DNA of 64,000 nt from Candidatus Levyibacteriota bacterium. Its GTDB lineage: Bacteria > Patescibacteriota > Microgenomatia > Levybacterales > UBA12049. The translations under genes were made by a program, and so were the position numbers. The first letter of the stretch is position 1. Each line of letters begins with the position of its first letter. Under the pieces are notes generated by a model. It was given only the letters and a program-made list of their open reading frames with translations, did no database searches and was not told the origin of the DNA. The DNA lies in assembly GCA_038254115.1 (NCBI GenBank), contig JBBSGK010000004.1:4227-68226 (forward strand), read 5' to 3'. This document shows positions 25,999 to 36,005 of the stretch, piece after piece.

Positions 25999-26757
25999 AT
26001 GAAAATTATTTATATCATTTTTGCCGCAGTAATTGTCTTACTTGTAGTTATTCTTCTAGTTGAAGTTTTGATGGTCATAAGTATCAAGCAGCCTACGTTT
26101 AAAAATCCTGACCGCGCAGCTCAAGTTTTGGGTACTACCGGTGAGAAGCTGACATATGTCGTGTTGGGAGACAGCACAGGAGCTGGCCGGGGAGCGGATT
26201 ATAAGAGGGGGGTAGCAATTCAAACAGCAAAGTATTTGGCAAAAAAAAGAAAGGTAAAATTTGTAAATTTATCTGTATCCGGCGGGACAACTAGAGATGT
26301 TCTGATCGAGCAAATTCCTCATGTGAGTGTATATAAACCGGATTTGGTTCTTTTGGCTGTTGGATCAAATGATGTTACGCATTTAACGCTTGGAAAATCA
26401 CTTGAGAAAGATCTGAACCTTATAATAGAAGATTTAATAAAAACCAATTGTAATGTAAAGATTGTTGTAACAGGGGCTGCGGAGATGGGTGCGATTCCAC
26501 TTTTTCCCCAGCCTTTGCAATATATTGCAGGATTGAGAACACAGCAGTTAAATAAAATTTTTGGTAGAGTGGCAGAAGAAAAAAATATAACCTTCGCGCA
26601 AATTGCCTATGAAACAGGACCGTTATTTAAAAAATATAAAAGTCTTTTCGCTTCAGATGGTTTTCATCCAAACGAAAGTGGTTACGCAACATGGCTTCCT
26701 GTTCTAAATAAATCAATAGATGGCGCCTTGCAAACTCAGCCAAGCCACTGTAATTAA
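25999..26757 (+). CDS. SGNH/GDSL-family hydrolase
   Basis: Block I VVLGDSTGAGRGA, block III GSNDV, block V DGFHPNESGYATW. It has an N-terminal TM anchor. Confidence 0.8.
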   Translation: MKIIYIIFAAVIVLLVVILLVEVLMVISIKQPTFKNPDRAAQVLGTTGEKLTYVVLGDSTGAGRGADYKRGVAIQTAKYLAKKRKVKFVNLSVSGGTTRDVLIEQIPHVSVYKPDLVLLAVGSNDVTHLTLGKSLEKDLNLIIEDLIKTNCNVKIVVTGAAEMGAIPLFPQPLQYIAGLRTQQLNKIFGRVAEEKNITFAQIAYETGPLFKKYKSLFASDGFHPNESGYATWLPVLNKSIDGALQTQPSHCN

Positions 26758-26891
26758 TGTAAATTACAGAAATATGTCTACGCGCTTTCATATATTTTGG
26801 TACACATTATAATAGTATAGCCCCTCCGAAGCTAAAATTAACCTATAGTGTAATTTAATTATATTTTTCTTATTAATGTTATAATTTCAGC

Positions 26892-27464
26892 ATGTTACAG
26901 ATTTTGGGAATAGGGTCGGGAGTTATATGTTTTTTCGGTTACGTTCCGTATCTAAGGGATATTTTTCGGGGGACTACTAAGCCTGAGCGTGCTTCATGGT
27001 TTATATGGCTGGTACTTGGGATTATTGGATTTTTTTCCCAAAGAGCCGAAGGCGCGACTTGGTCACTCTGGCTATCCGGAGTAAATAATATCGGGATACT
27101 TGTTATTGTTATTTTATCAATTAAATATGGGGTTGGAGGTATGCGCAAGAGAGATGTACTGGCATTGGCTGCCGCGGCAGTGGGACTATATCTCTGGTAT
27201 TTAACGCGTCATGCTTACATCGCACTATACATAACTCTTTTTATAGATGCTTTGGGCTACATCCTGATCTACATGAAGTCATATTCTGATCCGGGAAGCG
27301 AAACACTAATCGCCTGGGTGATTTATTCCTTGGCGGGTCTTGCCGCAGCGTTGTCAATCGGCACATTCAATCCCGTTTTGCTTTCATACCCTGTGTACGT
27401 CTTCGTGGTCAATATGATAGTTGTATTGATTCTTCTTTCAAGAAAACAAAAAATCACCAAATAA
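26892..27464 (+). CDS. polytopic membrane protein, hypothetical
   Basis: 190 aa with about five predicted TM helices. Confidence 0.5.
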   Translation: MLQILGIGSGVICFFGYVPYLRDIFRGTTKPERASWFIWLVLGIIGFFSQRAEGATWSLWLSGVNNIGILVIVILSIKYGVGGMRKRDVLALAAAAVGLYLWYLTRHAYIALYITLFIDALGYILIYMKSYSDPGSETLIAWVIYSLAGLAAALSIGTFNPVLLSYPVYVFVVNMIVVLILLSRKQKITK

Positions 27465-27507
27465 CTTTAGCCTTGATTTATTAAGCTATCCTGCTATAAT
27501 TTCGTTT

Positions 27508-28023
27508 ATGGTAGGTTACGAAGCAAGCTCACATTATATTCCGAGAAAAAACAGAGAATTTAAACCTTCGGATACAGATCCTGCGGCAAGAAGACATTTT
27601 AGAGATCTTCATAAAGCAGCAAATGTATGCGGTGAGAAAAGAGTTACTGTTCCTGCGTATACACCCGAGCGCGCCCTTGTTATAAGAAATTTAGTATCAG
27701 ATTATCCGGATGAGACCCCTATAGCAGTGCTTTATCCACGTTCACAAAAAAGAATGGCCAAAAATAGACTACCTTCTAATCAATGGGAAGAATTTATTGA
27801 TCGACTAGACATATATGTCAAAGGACGCATTGCTTCAGTTTTGAGAAGAGCAGGAACATCCTTTGGCACACTTGGTGCTCTTAGAAAGGCTATAGAAAAA
27901 GGAACGCTTCGCGAGCCACAAAGGTTGGTGTCATCAACAGGGAAAATGAATCCTGCGTTAAGTGAAAGGCAAGCTGGATTTCTTGCACAGGCTTTTGGTC
28001 GTCCTCCCGAAGCTTCACATTAG
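27508..28023 (+). CDS. hypothetical protein (Arg-rich)
   Basis: 171-aa ORF with no recognised family. Confidence 0.45.
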   Translation: MVGYEASSHYIPRKNREFKPSDTDPAARRHFRDLHKAANVCGEKRVTVPAYTPERALVIRNLVSDYPDETPIAVLYPRSQKRMAKNRLPSNQWEEFIDRLDIYVKGRIASVLRRAGTSFGTLGALRKAIEKGTLREPQRLVSSTGKMNPALSERQAGFLAQAFGRPPEASH

Positions 28024-28026
28024 CAA

Positions 28027-29211
28027 TTAATTTTTTGAAATCTTATATTGCGATAAAGAGAAGATGATGAATGCCAGGAAGGCCATCCCGCTTCCGAAGA
28101 GGAAAGTTGCAGATGGACTTATCATCGACCAGATTAGCCCCCCGGCAAATGATGCGATAAAAGTGCCGATTGCTGTGATTGTGTAGTAAGCTCCGAAATA
28201 AGTTCCTGACTCCGAACTTTCTATAAATTCTGAAATGTATGCTTTGGAAACACCATCTGTTGCCGCTATATATATTCCATAAATTGGGAATAAAATCCAT
28301 AAGAAGTTGGCTGTTTTGATCAAGCCGAAAAATAAATAAACTATGGCAAAAATTATAAGTCCTCCTGAGAAGACTTTTTTGGCGCCGATTTTATCAGACA
28401 ACTTTCCAAGCGGTGTTGCAAATACGGTTTGCGAGATATTGTATAGAACGTATGCAAGAACTACCAGAGTTGTTGTGAGTCCCAGATCTTTGGCCCGCAG
28501 GAGTAGGAATGCGTCTGAGCTATTACCTGCCGCAAAAAGAAAACTGACAACAAGGAAAAGCTTGAGCCTTGTATCAATCAGGCTCCATTTGAGATTTTTG
28601 AAGTGGAATTTACGCTCAGTTTTAGTCTTTTTAGTTTCTTTCACAAAGAAAAATAACAAAGCAACTGCTATTACGGCCGGGATAAAAGCGATGAAAAAAG
28701 TAAGGCGTATGTTTTCTTTTAGCAATGCTAGCAGTCCGAGTGCTAGCAATGGACCGATTACAGCGCCAAGACTATCAAATGCGCGGTGAAAGCCAAAAAT
28801 AAATCCTTTGTTGTGCTTTTGTGTATTATCAAGCAGCAGACTATCTCTTGCTGCAGTCCTCATTCCTTTTCCGAGCCTGTCAATGAAGCGGGCAAATAGG
28901 ACTAGAGGCCAGGTATAAGCGAGTCCTGTCAAGAGTTTGGAAATTGCTCCAAAAGAATACCCTCCGATAACAAAAGGTTTTCTTTTCTGCATATAGTCGG
29001 AGTAGGCTCCAAAGAGAAATTTGGTAATCGCAGCAGTTGCCTCAGCAGTTCCTTCAATTAGACCGATGACAGGTATTGGTGTATGTAAAACAGATGTCAG
29101 AAAGATCGGGACGATGGGGTAAATCATCTCAGAGGATAGATCATTGAAAAAACTCACAAGTCCTAAGAATAGAACCGGTCGGGGAATTTTTTTGAGGTTT
29201 GGAAAATTCAT
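28027..29211 (-). CDS. MFS transporter
   Basis: 394 aa, 12 TM-like segments, with an MFS-type loop motif (DRLGKGMRTAARDSLL). Confidence 0.85.
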   Translation of the reverse strand: MNFPNLKKIPRPVLFLGLVSFFNDLSSEMIYPIVPIFLTSVLHTPIPVIGLIEGTAEATAAITKFLFGAYSDYMQKRKPFVIGGYSFGAISKLLTGLAYTWPLVLFARFIDRLGKGMRTAARDSLLLDNTQKHNKGFIFGFHRAFDSLGAVIGPLLALGLLALLKENIRLTFFIAFIPAVIAVALLFFFVKETKKTKTERKFHFKNLKWSLIDTRLKLFLVVSFLFAAGNSSDAFLLLRAKDLGLTTTLVVLAYVLYNISQTVFATPLGKLSDKIGAKKVFSGGLIIFAIVYLFFGLIKTANFLWILFPIYGIYIAATDGVSKAYISEFIESSESGTYFGAYYTITAIGTFIASFAGGLIWSMISPSATFLFGSGMAFLAFIIFSLSQYKISKN

Positions 29212-29251
29212 TTGGTTAAGTAATTATATCAAAAAATATTTTACAAATTAA

Positions 29252-30760
29252 CTATCCCAAACTTTTCCTGAGGATTGCAGCTTGAGTGATTAGGTCGGTA
29301 AGTGATCCGTCATCTGATTCCAATTTATCATAGATCTGATCTGTCAAGGTTTTGTGCTTGATTTCATCTTTTGTGACAGGTCCAAGTTTGATTCCAAGAG
29401 TTGTCTCAATTGCTCTTATGTCGTCCAATATTGGTTTCCAACCAGTGGACTTCTTACTCAATTTATTTAGATTATCAATGTTTAGATACCGTCCTGCCTG
29501 GTCCAGATCTTCTGAAATGTATTTGTAATATTTCTTGACGATATCAAGTTGTCCCATTTTTTTTGCGTTTTCCAGGCCGCGGCCTGTTCCTATCAGCTCA
29601 GGAGGAACGCCGATAGAATACAAAGCTGCGGTAAAACCGATCGCGCGTGGGAGTTTCACCTTTCCAACTCCACGCGAATATCCGAAAAGCCCGATGTGCT
29701 GGACCCGTTCACGCCGTCTTGGCAAAAATGCAGCTACCTTATTGATTAGTGGTGCAATTTTTTCAATTGTTTCGCGGTAGTTTTTCTCAAAACAAGGAAT
29801 CAAGCTTTGCAAAATATCTTCATCCTTTCCGGAAATTATCTCGGCCGTTTGCGTCGGAAGGGTGTCTTCAAGATATTTTATGGCTTTGATGACATCTTTT
29901 TTGTCAAAATCATACCTGAAAGCGCTTTGAATGGTAGTAGTGCGGATTCCTTTATATTCATCAGCAAATTTTTCAATGTTTGTCGGATCGATTCCCCCGC
30001 GGAAGGGAAGTACTGCTGCGCCGATTATCGGATAAAAAGGAATCCCAAGCTTTTCAGCTAATTTTCTGTATCTGGACAGGGCAATTTTAATTGCAAAGAC
30101 AGTCGGAACCATACCGAAATTAAGAGCAGGATCGGATCTAGCAACATAAGGGCGGATGTATGATGGTTTCTTCTTGAACTTATTTTCATAAAGACTTATG
30201 TATTTTTCAATTATTTTGTCAGAATTAATTATCGTTTCAACATCCTCAAATAGCGGGATAATCTTGGGATTGGTCAAAATATTTTCCAGACGGTACAGCG
30301 GATGAGTGAGCGAGTGGATCTGCTGATAGGCGACATGAATCTCAAAAATATCCTCAGCATTGGTGGTCATGGGAAGAATTACTTCAAATATCGGGGGAGT
30401 GGGGAGTCCAAAATGCTTGGCGACGCTTGCTGCGCTAGCTACGTTCATAAACGCGCGTCCTATTCTGAATTCTGTTTCGACTTTGGGATTGGGAAGTCTG
30501 AATGTCAAAAATGTTTCCTGCCCGAGAGGATTTTTTTGGAAAAATTCAAAATGCTCTCCAAACAATCTTTCAAGTACTGATTCATCAACCAATTTTCCTT
30601 CCCAGTCCCATTTGTATTCACGGATTCCAAGCTCTGAATATGCTAGAAATGTTTCGTGGGATTCAAAATTGGTCCTGATAAATTCACGGTCATGCCAAAA
30701 AGGCATGCTTGCGTGATCAGGGTGTTGAGTGGCCATAGTGGCTGAGATTTTTCTTTTCAT
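29252..30760 (-). CDS. archaeal-type phosphoenolpyruvate carboxylase (atPEPC)
   Basis: About 500 aa. The N-terminus ...TMATQHPDHASMPF...YKWDWEGKLVDE matches the conserved atPEPC start (TQHPD). Its size is typical of atPEPC, not the roughly 900-aa bacterial Ppc. Confidence 0.75.
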   Translation of the reverse strand: MKRKISATMATQHPDHASMPFWHDREFIRTNFESHETFLAYSELGIREYKWDWEGKLVDESVLERLFGEHFEFFQKNPLGQETFLTFRLPNPKVETEFRIGRAFMNVASAASVAKHFGLPTPPIFEVILPMTTNAEDIFEIHVAYQQIHSLTHPLYRLENILTNPKIIPLFEDVETIINSDKIIEKYISLYENKFKKKPSYIRPYVARSDPALNFGMVPTVFAIKIALSRYRKLAEKLGIPFYPIIGAAVLPFRGGIDPTNIEKFADEYKGIRTTTIQSAFRYDFDKKDVIKAIKYLEDTLPTQTAEIISGKDEDILQSLIPCFEKNYRETIEKIAPLINKVAAFLPRRRERVQHIGLFGYSRGVGKVKLPRAIGFTAALYSIGVPPELIGTGRGLENAKKMGQLDIVKKYYKYISEDLDQAGRYLNIDNLNKLSKKSTGWKPILDDIRAIETTLGIKLGPVTKDEIKHKTLTDQIYDKLESDDGSLTDLITQAAILRKSLG

Positions 30761-30865
30761 GGATAAGATGGATTATAGCAGATTTATTGTGTACTTTTGG
30801 CAGCAAATGTATGCAAAACTGTTTTTTTATATGTTCTTTGTGTGGACAAAGAACCAAAGCCACCG

Positions 30866-31010
30866 CCAAGTCTAGCTCCAGCTTTCGGAATAGCACTCGC
30901 TCATTAAAAGAGTCAGTCTTCGCTACGCTTGCTTTTCCTCTTTTTCTGCCTGGCGGCAGACATTTTTTCGCTTATTTCTCATGCAGTCGCTCGAATCGGC
31001 GGATAATGGT
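30866..31010. repeat. second, partial copy (about 85% identity over about 150 bp) of the MITE-like element interior
   Basis: GTCTAGCTCCAGCTTT...CAGTCTTCGCT(A/G)CGCTTGCTTTTCCTCTTTT...CTGCCTG(G/C)CGGCAGAC...TTTCTCATGCAGTCGCTCGAATCGGCGGATA is shared with 10566-10716. Both copies are in the same orientation. Overlapping ORFs differ in frame and content, so the segment is non-coding. Confidence 0.6.
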
Positions 31011-31155
31011 TTAATTCTTTGGAAATGTGAGCGTTCAAATAAAAAAATTATTTGTATTTTGCGATTGAAACAAATATATTTAGTGAACATTCAAGCAAAG
31101 CACGTTTTGTAAATTGTGAATGAGTGGCATGTGTAACCAGCTTTATAGCATTTGC

Positions 31156-31809
31156 CTATATCTCTCTTCTTCCAGGACCTTCTATTCCTCTGAAAGCAAT
31201 TTCGGGGATCCTGCGTTCATTTTCGATTCCCAGTGTAATTGGATCGAGATCAAATACCATGGCTGATCCTGGTGGAATAGATTCTTCTATTTTTGGTTCT
31301 GGGTCCTCCGGATGTTTGAGTTTGTGCATAATTACACCAATTCCTTCTGAATGACCCATAATGCCAATCGTAAGTCCTTCATTTTTTTCATCCTGGACAA
31401 TTTCCGTAAAAGATTCCCAAATGCGTCGACTTAATTCTTCAGGTGATTCATCATCTTTATCATCTTGATTGGGTACATAAAATCCATTTTCTCCTATAGA
31501 TCCTTCAACCGGTTTTCCAACCCAACTAGGAGATGATATTGCCTGTAGACCTTTAAATGAAGTAAAGCGGGGACTTTTTTGCTCCAACATAGTTAGTAAA
31601 AGTGTGGCTGATGTTTCTGCTCTGGGAGTAGTGCTTGTGTATATAGCATCAAAAGGGGTACTCCTCAAAGAAGTTGCGAGGTTAGCTATTTCACCCTGCG
31701 CCTGAGGCGCAAGCTTTCCAGATGGACTATAAATAAGTTCCTGCCCTGACGCATTCCGTTCACGATTTACGCTGCCATGGCGCATGAGGACTACTCTTAC
31801 ATTCTTCAT
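31156..31809 (-). CDS. histidine phosphatase superfamily protein (phosphoglycerate-mutase-like)
   Basis: RHG motif (VVLMRHGSV) and a second catalytic His (IGIMGHSEG). Confidence 0.75.
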   Translation of the reverse strand: MKNVRVVLMRHGSVNRERNASGQELIYSPSGKLAPQAQGEIANLATSLRSTPFDAIYTSTTPRAETSATLLLTMLEQKSPRFTSFKGLQAISSPSWVGKPVEGSIGENGFYVPNQDDKDDESPEELSRRIWESFTEIVQDEKNEGLTIGIMGHSEGIGVIMHKLKHPEDPEPKIEESIPPGSAMVFDLDPITLGIENERRIPEIAFRGIEGPGRREI

Positions 31810-32110
31810 GATGGGTATTTTACTTTAAAATTGATGGAGATACAACTATGGGGTTTAGGCGAAAAATATTTCAGTGCCATTTGTCGAATTCTTCAAACAT
31901 CTTAAGCCTTTTCTCGGATCCGTCGTATTCTGAATTGATAAATGCAGTTACAATATTTTTAGATTTCAGGTATGAAGAAACAATTTGTATAGCATCAAAG
32001 CCCTGCAAGTCAGCGCCCAAATAAATCATGCTTGTAATATATCAAATTGTATTACCTTTTCCTTACATGTTTTATACCCGCTTCACACCCTGAGGCATTA
32101 TATTGTTGTA

Positions 32111-32413
32111 ATGAAGAAAAGTGAAAATGGAGTACTGGTTAAAAAGCAATCCAGCAATGGTCATCACAATTCAGTAACACCTGTTGTTGCCGGAATGGTG
32201 GGCGCAGCGGTCGGGGCAGGAGTCGGGATTGCCGGGGCAATCGCGATGAGAGATGAGAAAACAAAAGCTAAAATGATCGATGTGCTCCATACTGTATCGA
32301 AGAAAGCCAGTGAGTATATGGATAATATGAAAAAAGAAGCTACAATTCAACTGAAAGATAAAGCAGGGGAGGCAGTTCCGGAAATTAAAAAAATTGCAGC
32401 GGGTAACAGATAA
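32111..32413 (+). CDS. small Gly-rich membrane-associated protein (YtxH-like?)
   Basis: Start trimmed to MKKSENG... Hydrophobic Gly/Ala segment VVAGMVGAAVGAGVGIAGAIAM, then a charged helical tail. Confidence 0.4.
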   Translation: MKKSENGVLVKKQSSNGHHNSVTPVVAGMVGAAVGAGVGIAGAIAMRDEKTKAKMIDVLHTVSKKASEYMDNMKKEATIQLKDKAGEAVPEIKKIAAGNR

Positions 32414-32572
32414 TATGTCTATACTATTTTTTTCATCAATTAGTCTTATTGGATCGGTCATACTTGCTTATCTTTTGATACAACTTGGCCACGAACTATT
32501 GTAGGGATTTAAGAACCTCATTTACCTCATTGCATTTAAAACTTTTTATGTTAAATTAGATACAGTAAAATA

Positions 32573-33280
32573 ATGAAAAAAACCCACTCAACAACTGAAA
32601 AACAGGCAAGTCCATCCTTGGCAAAAATAATATTGGAATTTTTAGGCTTAGTCGTTTTATCGCTACTGCTAGGCTTGTTTCTGCAGAACAATAAAAATGC
32701 AATGCCGTTTGATAGATTTTTTTATGGACTGGCAGATAAAGTTCCTCATGGACCGTTTTTAGACAGCATAATGTCTGTCTTTGATTACAATTTCCTGCCT
32801 ATCAGCGCCCATCCCCAATTTTTTTTAATTATAATGTTGGTTGCAGTAATATATATAGGGTTAAAAAAACCTAAAGATTTTTGGTATATTGTATTAGCGC
32901 TTACAATCGGAGGTATTATAGCGAGGTTAATCATATTTATAGACACTACATTGGTTTATAGACAACGGCCTTGGCTTTTTCTTCCAAACCATGTCAGCAA
33001 TACTTTAAAGGAAGCTCTAAAAAGTTGGACCTCCTATCCCTCGGGGCACACGAGAGATACGCTTATGATTGGGTTGATTGTAAGTTATTTCATACCCAAA
33101 CTTAAATATTTTATGATTTTTCTTGCACTTCTTGTAGGATTTAGCCGGCTATATTATGGAGTTCATTTCCCGACAGACATTTTGTCAGGTTTAATTATCG
33201 GATATTTTGCTTACATAATAGTAATTAAATTAACAGAGTATATAAGAGGACGATTTTATCCTACTCATGGATCAAGATAG
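32573..33280 (+). CDS. PAP2-family phosphatase
   Basis: SYPSGHTRDTLMIG and SRLYYGVHFPTDILSGLIIG. It overlaps convergently with the next gene by 16 nt. Confidence 0.8.
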   Translation: MKKTHSTTEKQASPSLAKIILEFLGLVVLSLLLGLFLQNNKNAMPFDRFFYGLADKVPHGPFLDSIMSVFDYNFLPISAHPQFFLIIMLVAVIYIGLKKPKDFWYIVLALTIGGIIARLIIFIDTTLVYRQRPWLFLPNHVSNTLKEALKSWTSYPSGHTRDTLMIGLIVSYFIPKLKYFMIFLALLVGFSRLYYGVHFPTDILSGLIIGYFAYIIVIKLTEYIRGRFYPTHGSR

Positions 33281-34248
33281 GTGCGCTTCAAAAGAGCTGC
33301 GCTTTCAGGCTTGGGAAAACCTGTAATCACGTTAATTGCGCTTGGTACTATTTTAAATTCGACAGGAGTTTCTCCAAAAAGTCTTGCATCTGCATGCACC
33401 ATCTTTTCTACTTCGGATGTTATTTTAACTTTTTCAGCTTGATATGTTTTTATATCTTTGATTTTCTTGCCGGGGCGTTTAAATAAAAGCCTTAGAATAT
33501 GAAGAGTTAAGCCAAACATATTCATATTAAAAAGGGTCACAGTTAATTTATGATCATTGAGTTTGGCATCCGGAGCAAGCTCAAGCGCAAGCCCTCCTAG
33601 TGGCCCGTTGGATACAGTTACCATAGTTGCTTTTGTTTCGATTGCGCTATTGTCGAGATAAACCTGCGCTCTATGCCCATAATATGAAAAAAGAGCTTTA
33701 ATAATTCTAAAACCGCTTAGATATTCCTTCCTATCAAAAAATCCTGAAAAGTTATAATGCATTTCCGCGTCAATTCCAAGTCCTGCCTGTTCCAGAAAAT
33801 AATAAGGCTTTTCCATTTTTTCACCATTCAATTTTGTAATACTTCCCAAATCAATTTTTCTAACACGTTTTATTTTTATCAATTGTACAGCTTTTTCAAT
33901 TTCCAGTGGAATTGAGAGCATGCGGGAAACATTCATGACAGTTCCGAGCGGGAGTATAGCAACTGTTACATCTGTGCCCACAAGGCCGTTAATTACTTCA
34001 CCTACAGTTCCGTCACCTCCTGCTGCAATTATAAGATCATAGCCTTCTTTTACGCTGTTTCGCGCTAGAACTGTTGCATGTCTTGCATAACGTGTTGGGA
34101 AGTAGTCAACAGGGATCTGGTATTGCTTGAGCATATTCTTAATATCTTCAAGAGTCATTTTTGAATACAGAGGATTTTTATTGCGTTTTTCTCCTGAATG
34201 CGGATTGTAAATTAGTTTGGCTTTTTTGATTCCTTCGTTTTTTTTCAT
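33265..34248 (-). CDS. lipid kinase, DAGK_cat family (DgkB/YegS-like)
   Basis: LIIAAGGDGTVGEVINGL...VAILPLGTVMNVSRMLSIP is the diacylglycerol-kinase catalytic-domain signature. Confidence 0.85.
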   Translation of the reverse strand: MKKNEGIKKAKLIYNPHSGEKRNKNPLYSKMTLEDIKNMLKQYQIPVDYFPTRYARHATVLARNSVKEGYDLIIAAGGDGTVGEVINGLVGTDVTVAILPLGTVMNVSRMLSIPLEIEKAVQLIKIKRVRKIDLGSITKLNGEKMEKPYYFLEQAGLGIDAEMHYNFSGFFDRKEYLSGFRIIKALFSYYGHRAQVYLDNSAIETKATMVTVSNGPLGGLALELAPDAKLNDHKLTVTLFNMNMFGLTLHILRLLFKRPGKKIKDIKTYQAEKVKITSEVEKMVHADARLFGETPVEFKIVPSAINVITGFPKPESAALLKRTYLDP

Positions 34249-34249
34249 A

Positions 34250-35221
34250 TTATTTTTTCACGATAGGTTTTTTATTAAAAATCAGAGTTTTTGAATAGAA
34301 CAAAAGCAAAAATACAGCCCCGAAAAGTATATAAAAAACAAGAGTAATGAAGCGGAAAATCAAAATTGAGGCAAAAGCTTTTTCAAATGCGACGTTCATA
34401 AGAACGAAAACCCCTGCAATCCCACCTTCGGCAAGTCCTACGCCTCCCGGGACGATGCCTGAAATAGCCCCGATGATAATACTCATCGCGTAAATATATA
34501 TGCTTTGCGCAAAGGTTAGTGGCAGGGAATAGGCGCTAACAATAATATATATCATAAGACCTCCTACAACGTTTGAAAATAAACCTATGCCGATATTGAG
34601 CAGAAATGTACCACCCGGTTTGTGATCGCTTCCTTCATGAAGCATGTTTTTTCTGACTCCTTTCTGGGTTGCTTTAAGAGTCATAGCAGGTTTTTTAAGT
34701 TTTTTAACTTTTCCGATCTTACCGAACAATTTGAAAAGTATTTTTTTATTCCAAATCAAATAAATGGTGAGTAGCATTAGTACAAGCGCAATCAAAGCTA
34801 CATTTAATAGAATTCCGTAAACTAAGCTTCCTATAATCGCAATTATTGCCGAGGAGAAAAATACAATCAAAGCCTGCATTACGACTGGTCCTGATGTTTC
34901 TTTGGTATCAACTCCGGTTTCTTCTTTTAAGATTACGGTTCTGAAAGCTTCCCCGCCTGGGATTGATGAGGTAGCTTGTCCTGCAATATAGACTTTGCAT
35001 ATCTGCCAAAAACTTACTTTGATATCATTTTTCCGCAGAAGCAGGAAAAACCGCCATGATTTAAGTAAAGATATTAATGTTGCTAACAGGCATAAATAAA
35101 TAAGCCGTTCTTTTGGAAAACGACTGATTTCTTTAGACAAAACATTTAGATTAACAGCATGGCTCAATGCAAATAGTACGAGAACACCAATGATGATGAA
35201 AATTATAAAACGGTATTTCAT
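34250..35221 (-). CDS. flippase-like membrane protein (UPF0104 / lysyl-PG-synthase TM-domain-like)
   Basis: 323 aa, about eight TM segments, with the central motif ...YIAGQATSSIPGGEAFRTV. Confidence 0.65.
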   Translation of the reverse strand: MKYRFIIFIIIGVLVLFALSHAVNLNVLSKEISRFPKERLIYLCLLATLISLLKSWRFFLLLRKNDIKVSFWQICKVYIAGQATSSIPGGEAFRTVILKEETGVDTKETSGPVVMQALIVFFSSAIIAIIGSLVYGILLNVALIALVLMLLTIYLIWNKKILFKLFGKIGKVKKLKKPAMTLKATQKGVRKNMLHEGSDHKPGGTFLLNIGIGLFSNVVGGLMIYIIVSAYSLPLTFAQSIYIYAMSIIIGAISGIVPGGVGLAEGGIAGVFVLMNVAFEKAFASILIFRFITLVFYILFGAVFLLLFYSKTLIFNKKPIVKK

Positions 35222-35222
35222 A

Positions 35223-35987
35223 TTATGAAGGTTTTACTTTGGGCTGCCATTTGTTGAATAGGAATATTACAATTGAAAGCCAGATAAAACCAACCAGATA
35301 TGCTCCCATTACATCTGAAAACCAGTGGGCTCCCAAATAAATTCTGGATGTACCGATTAGCGAAACTAAAAATGTTAATATCACAAGAAGAATTATGCGG
35401 AATTTATTGCTTGCAGGTAAAGTAAAGGTAAGATAGAGTAAAAATCCAAAAAATCCAACAAAAAACAATACATGACCTGAAGGAAAGCTATCAGGCTTAA
35501 GATAGCGTGCCACCTGGTGTATGAGCTTGGGATTTGGTCTTAACCTGTGAACAAAATGCTTCATAGTGACTGAAATAATTGTTGCTCCGGCTGTTGAAAA
35601 AATAACCATCATACCTTCTTTTTTACGTTTCTTCAGGAATAAGATTCCGGATGTAATAAGCAGCAGGACAGGGCTTATTCCGGGATTTCCAAGCCATGTT
35701 AAAAAATTCATAAGCATGTCAAACCATGAAGCATTGAACTCCTGCACCTCCTGGGTAATTGTTAAGTCTATTGCAAAATACGGTTTTTGTTTGGCAAAAA
35801 AAGTAAGAACTGCAACCGCACCCATAACAGATGCAAGGATAATATATGATGCAATTCTCCGTGCGTTATAGACGCGTTGGGAAACGACCGGTATGTTATC
35901 AACAGGTTTTGTTACTTTTTTAAGTGATTCAACTTTTTCTTCGATTGCTTTTTTTACAACCGGTAATTTTTTCTTTGGTTTTGCCAT
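35223..35987 (-). CDS. PAP2-family phosphatase
   Basis: SFPSGHVLFFVGF and SRIYLGAHWFSDVMGAYLVG. Confidence 0.8.
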   Translation of the reverse strand: MAKPKKKLPVVKKAIEEKVESLKKVTKPVDNIPVVSQRVYNARRIASYIILASVMGAVAVLTFFAKQKPYFAIDLTITQEVQEFNASWFDMLMNFLTWLGNPGISPVLLLITSGILFLKKRKKEGMMVIFSTAGATIISVTMKHFVHRLRPNPKLIHQVARYLKPDSFPSGHVLFFVGFFGFLLYLTFTLPASNKFRIILLVILTFLVSLIGTSRIYLGAHWFSDVMGAYLVGFIWLSIVIFLFNKWQPKVKPS

Positions 35988-36005
35988 ATAATTTATACGA
36001 TTCTG

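Noticed and set aside
10566-31010. Possibility that the two direct copies of the 150-bp repeat delimit a 20-kb genomic island
   Set aside because: The interval contains core genes (rpoD, guaA) and no integrase or mobility genes. The left copy is a complete TIR-bounded small element by itself.
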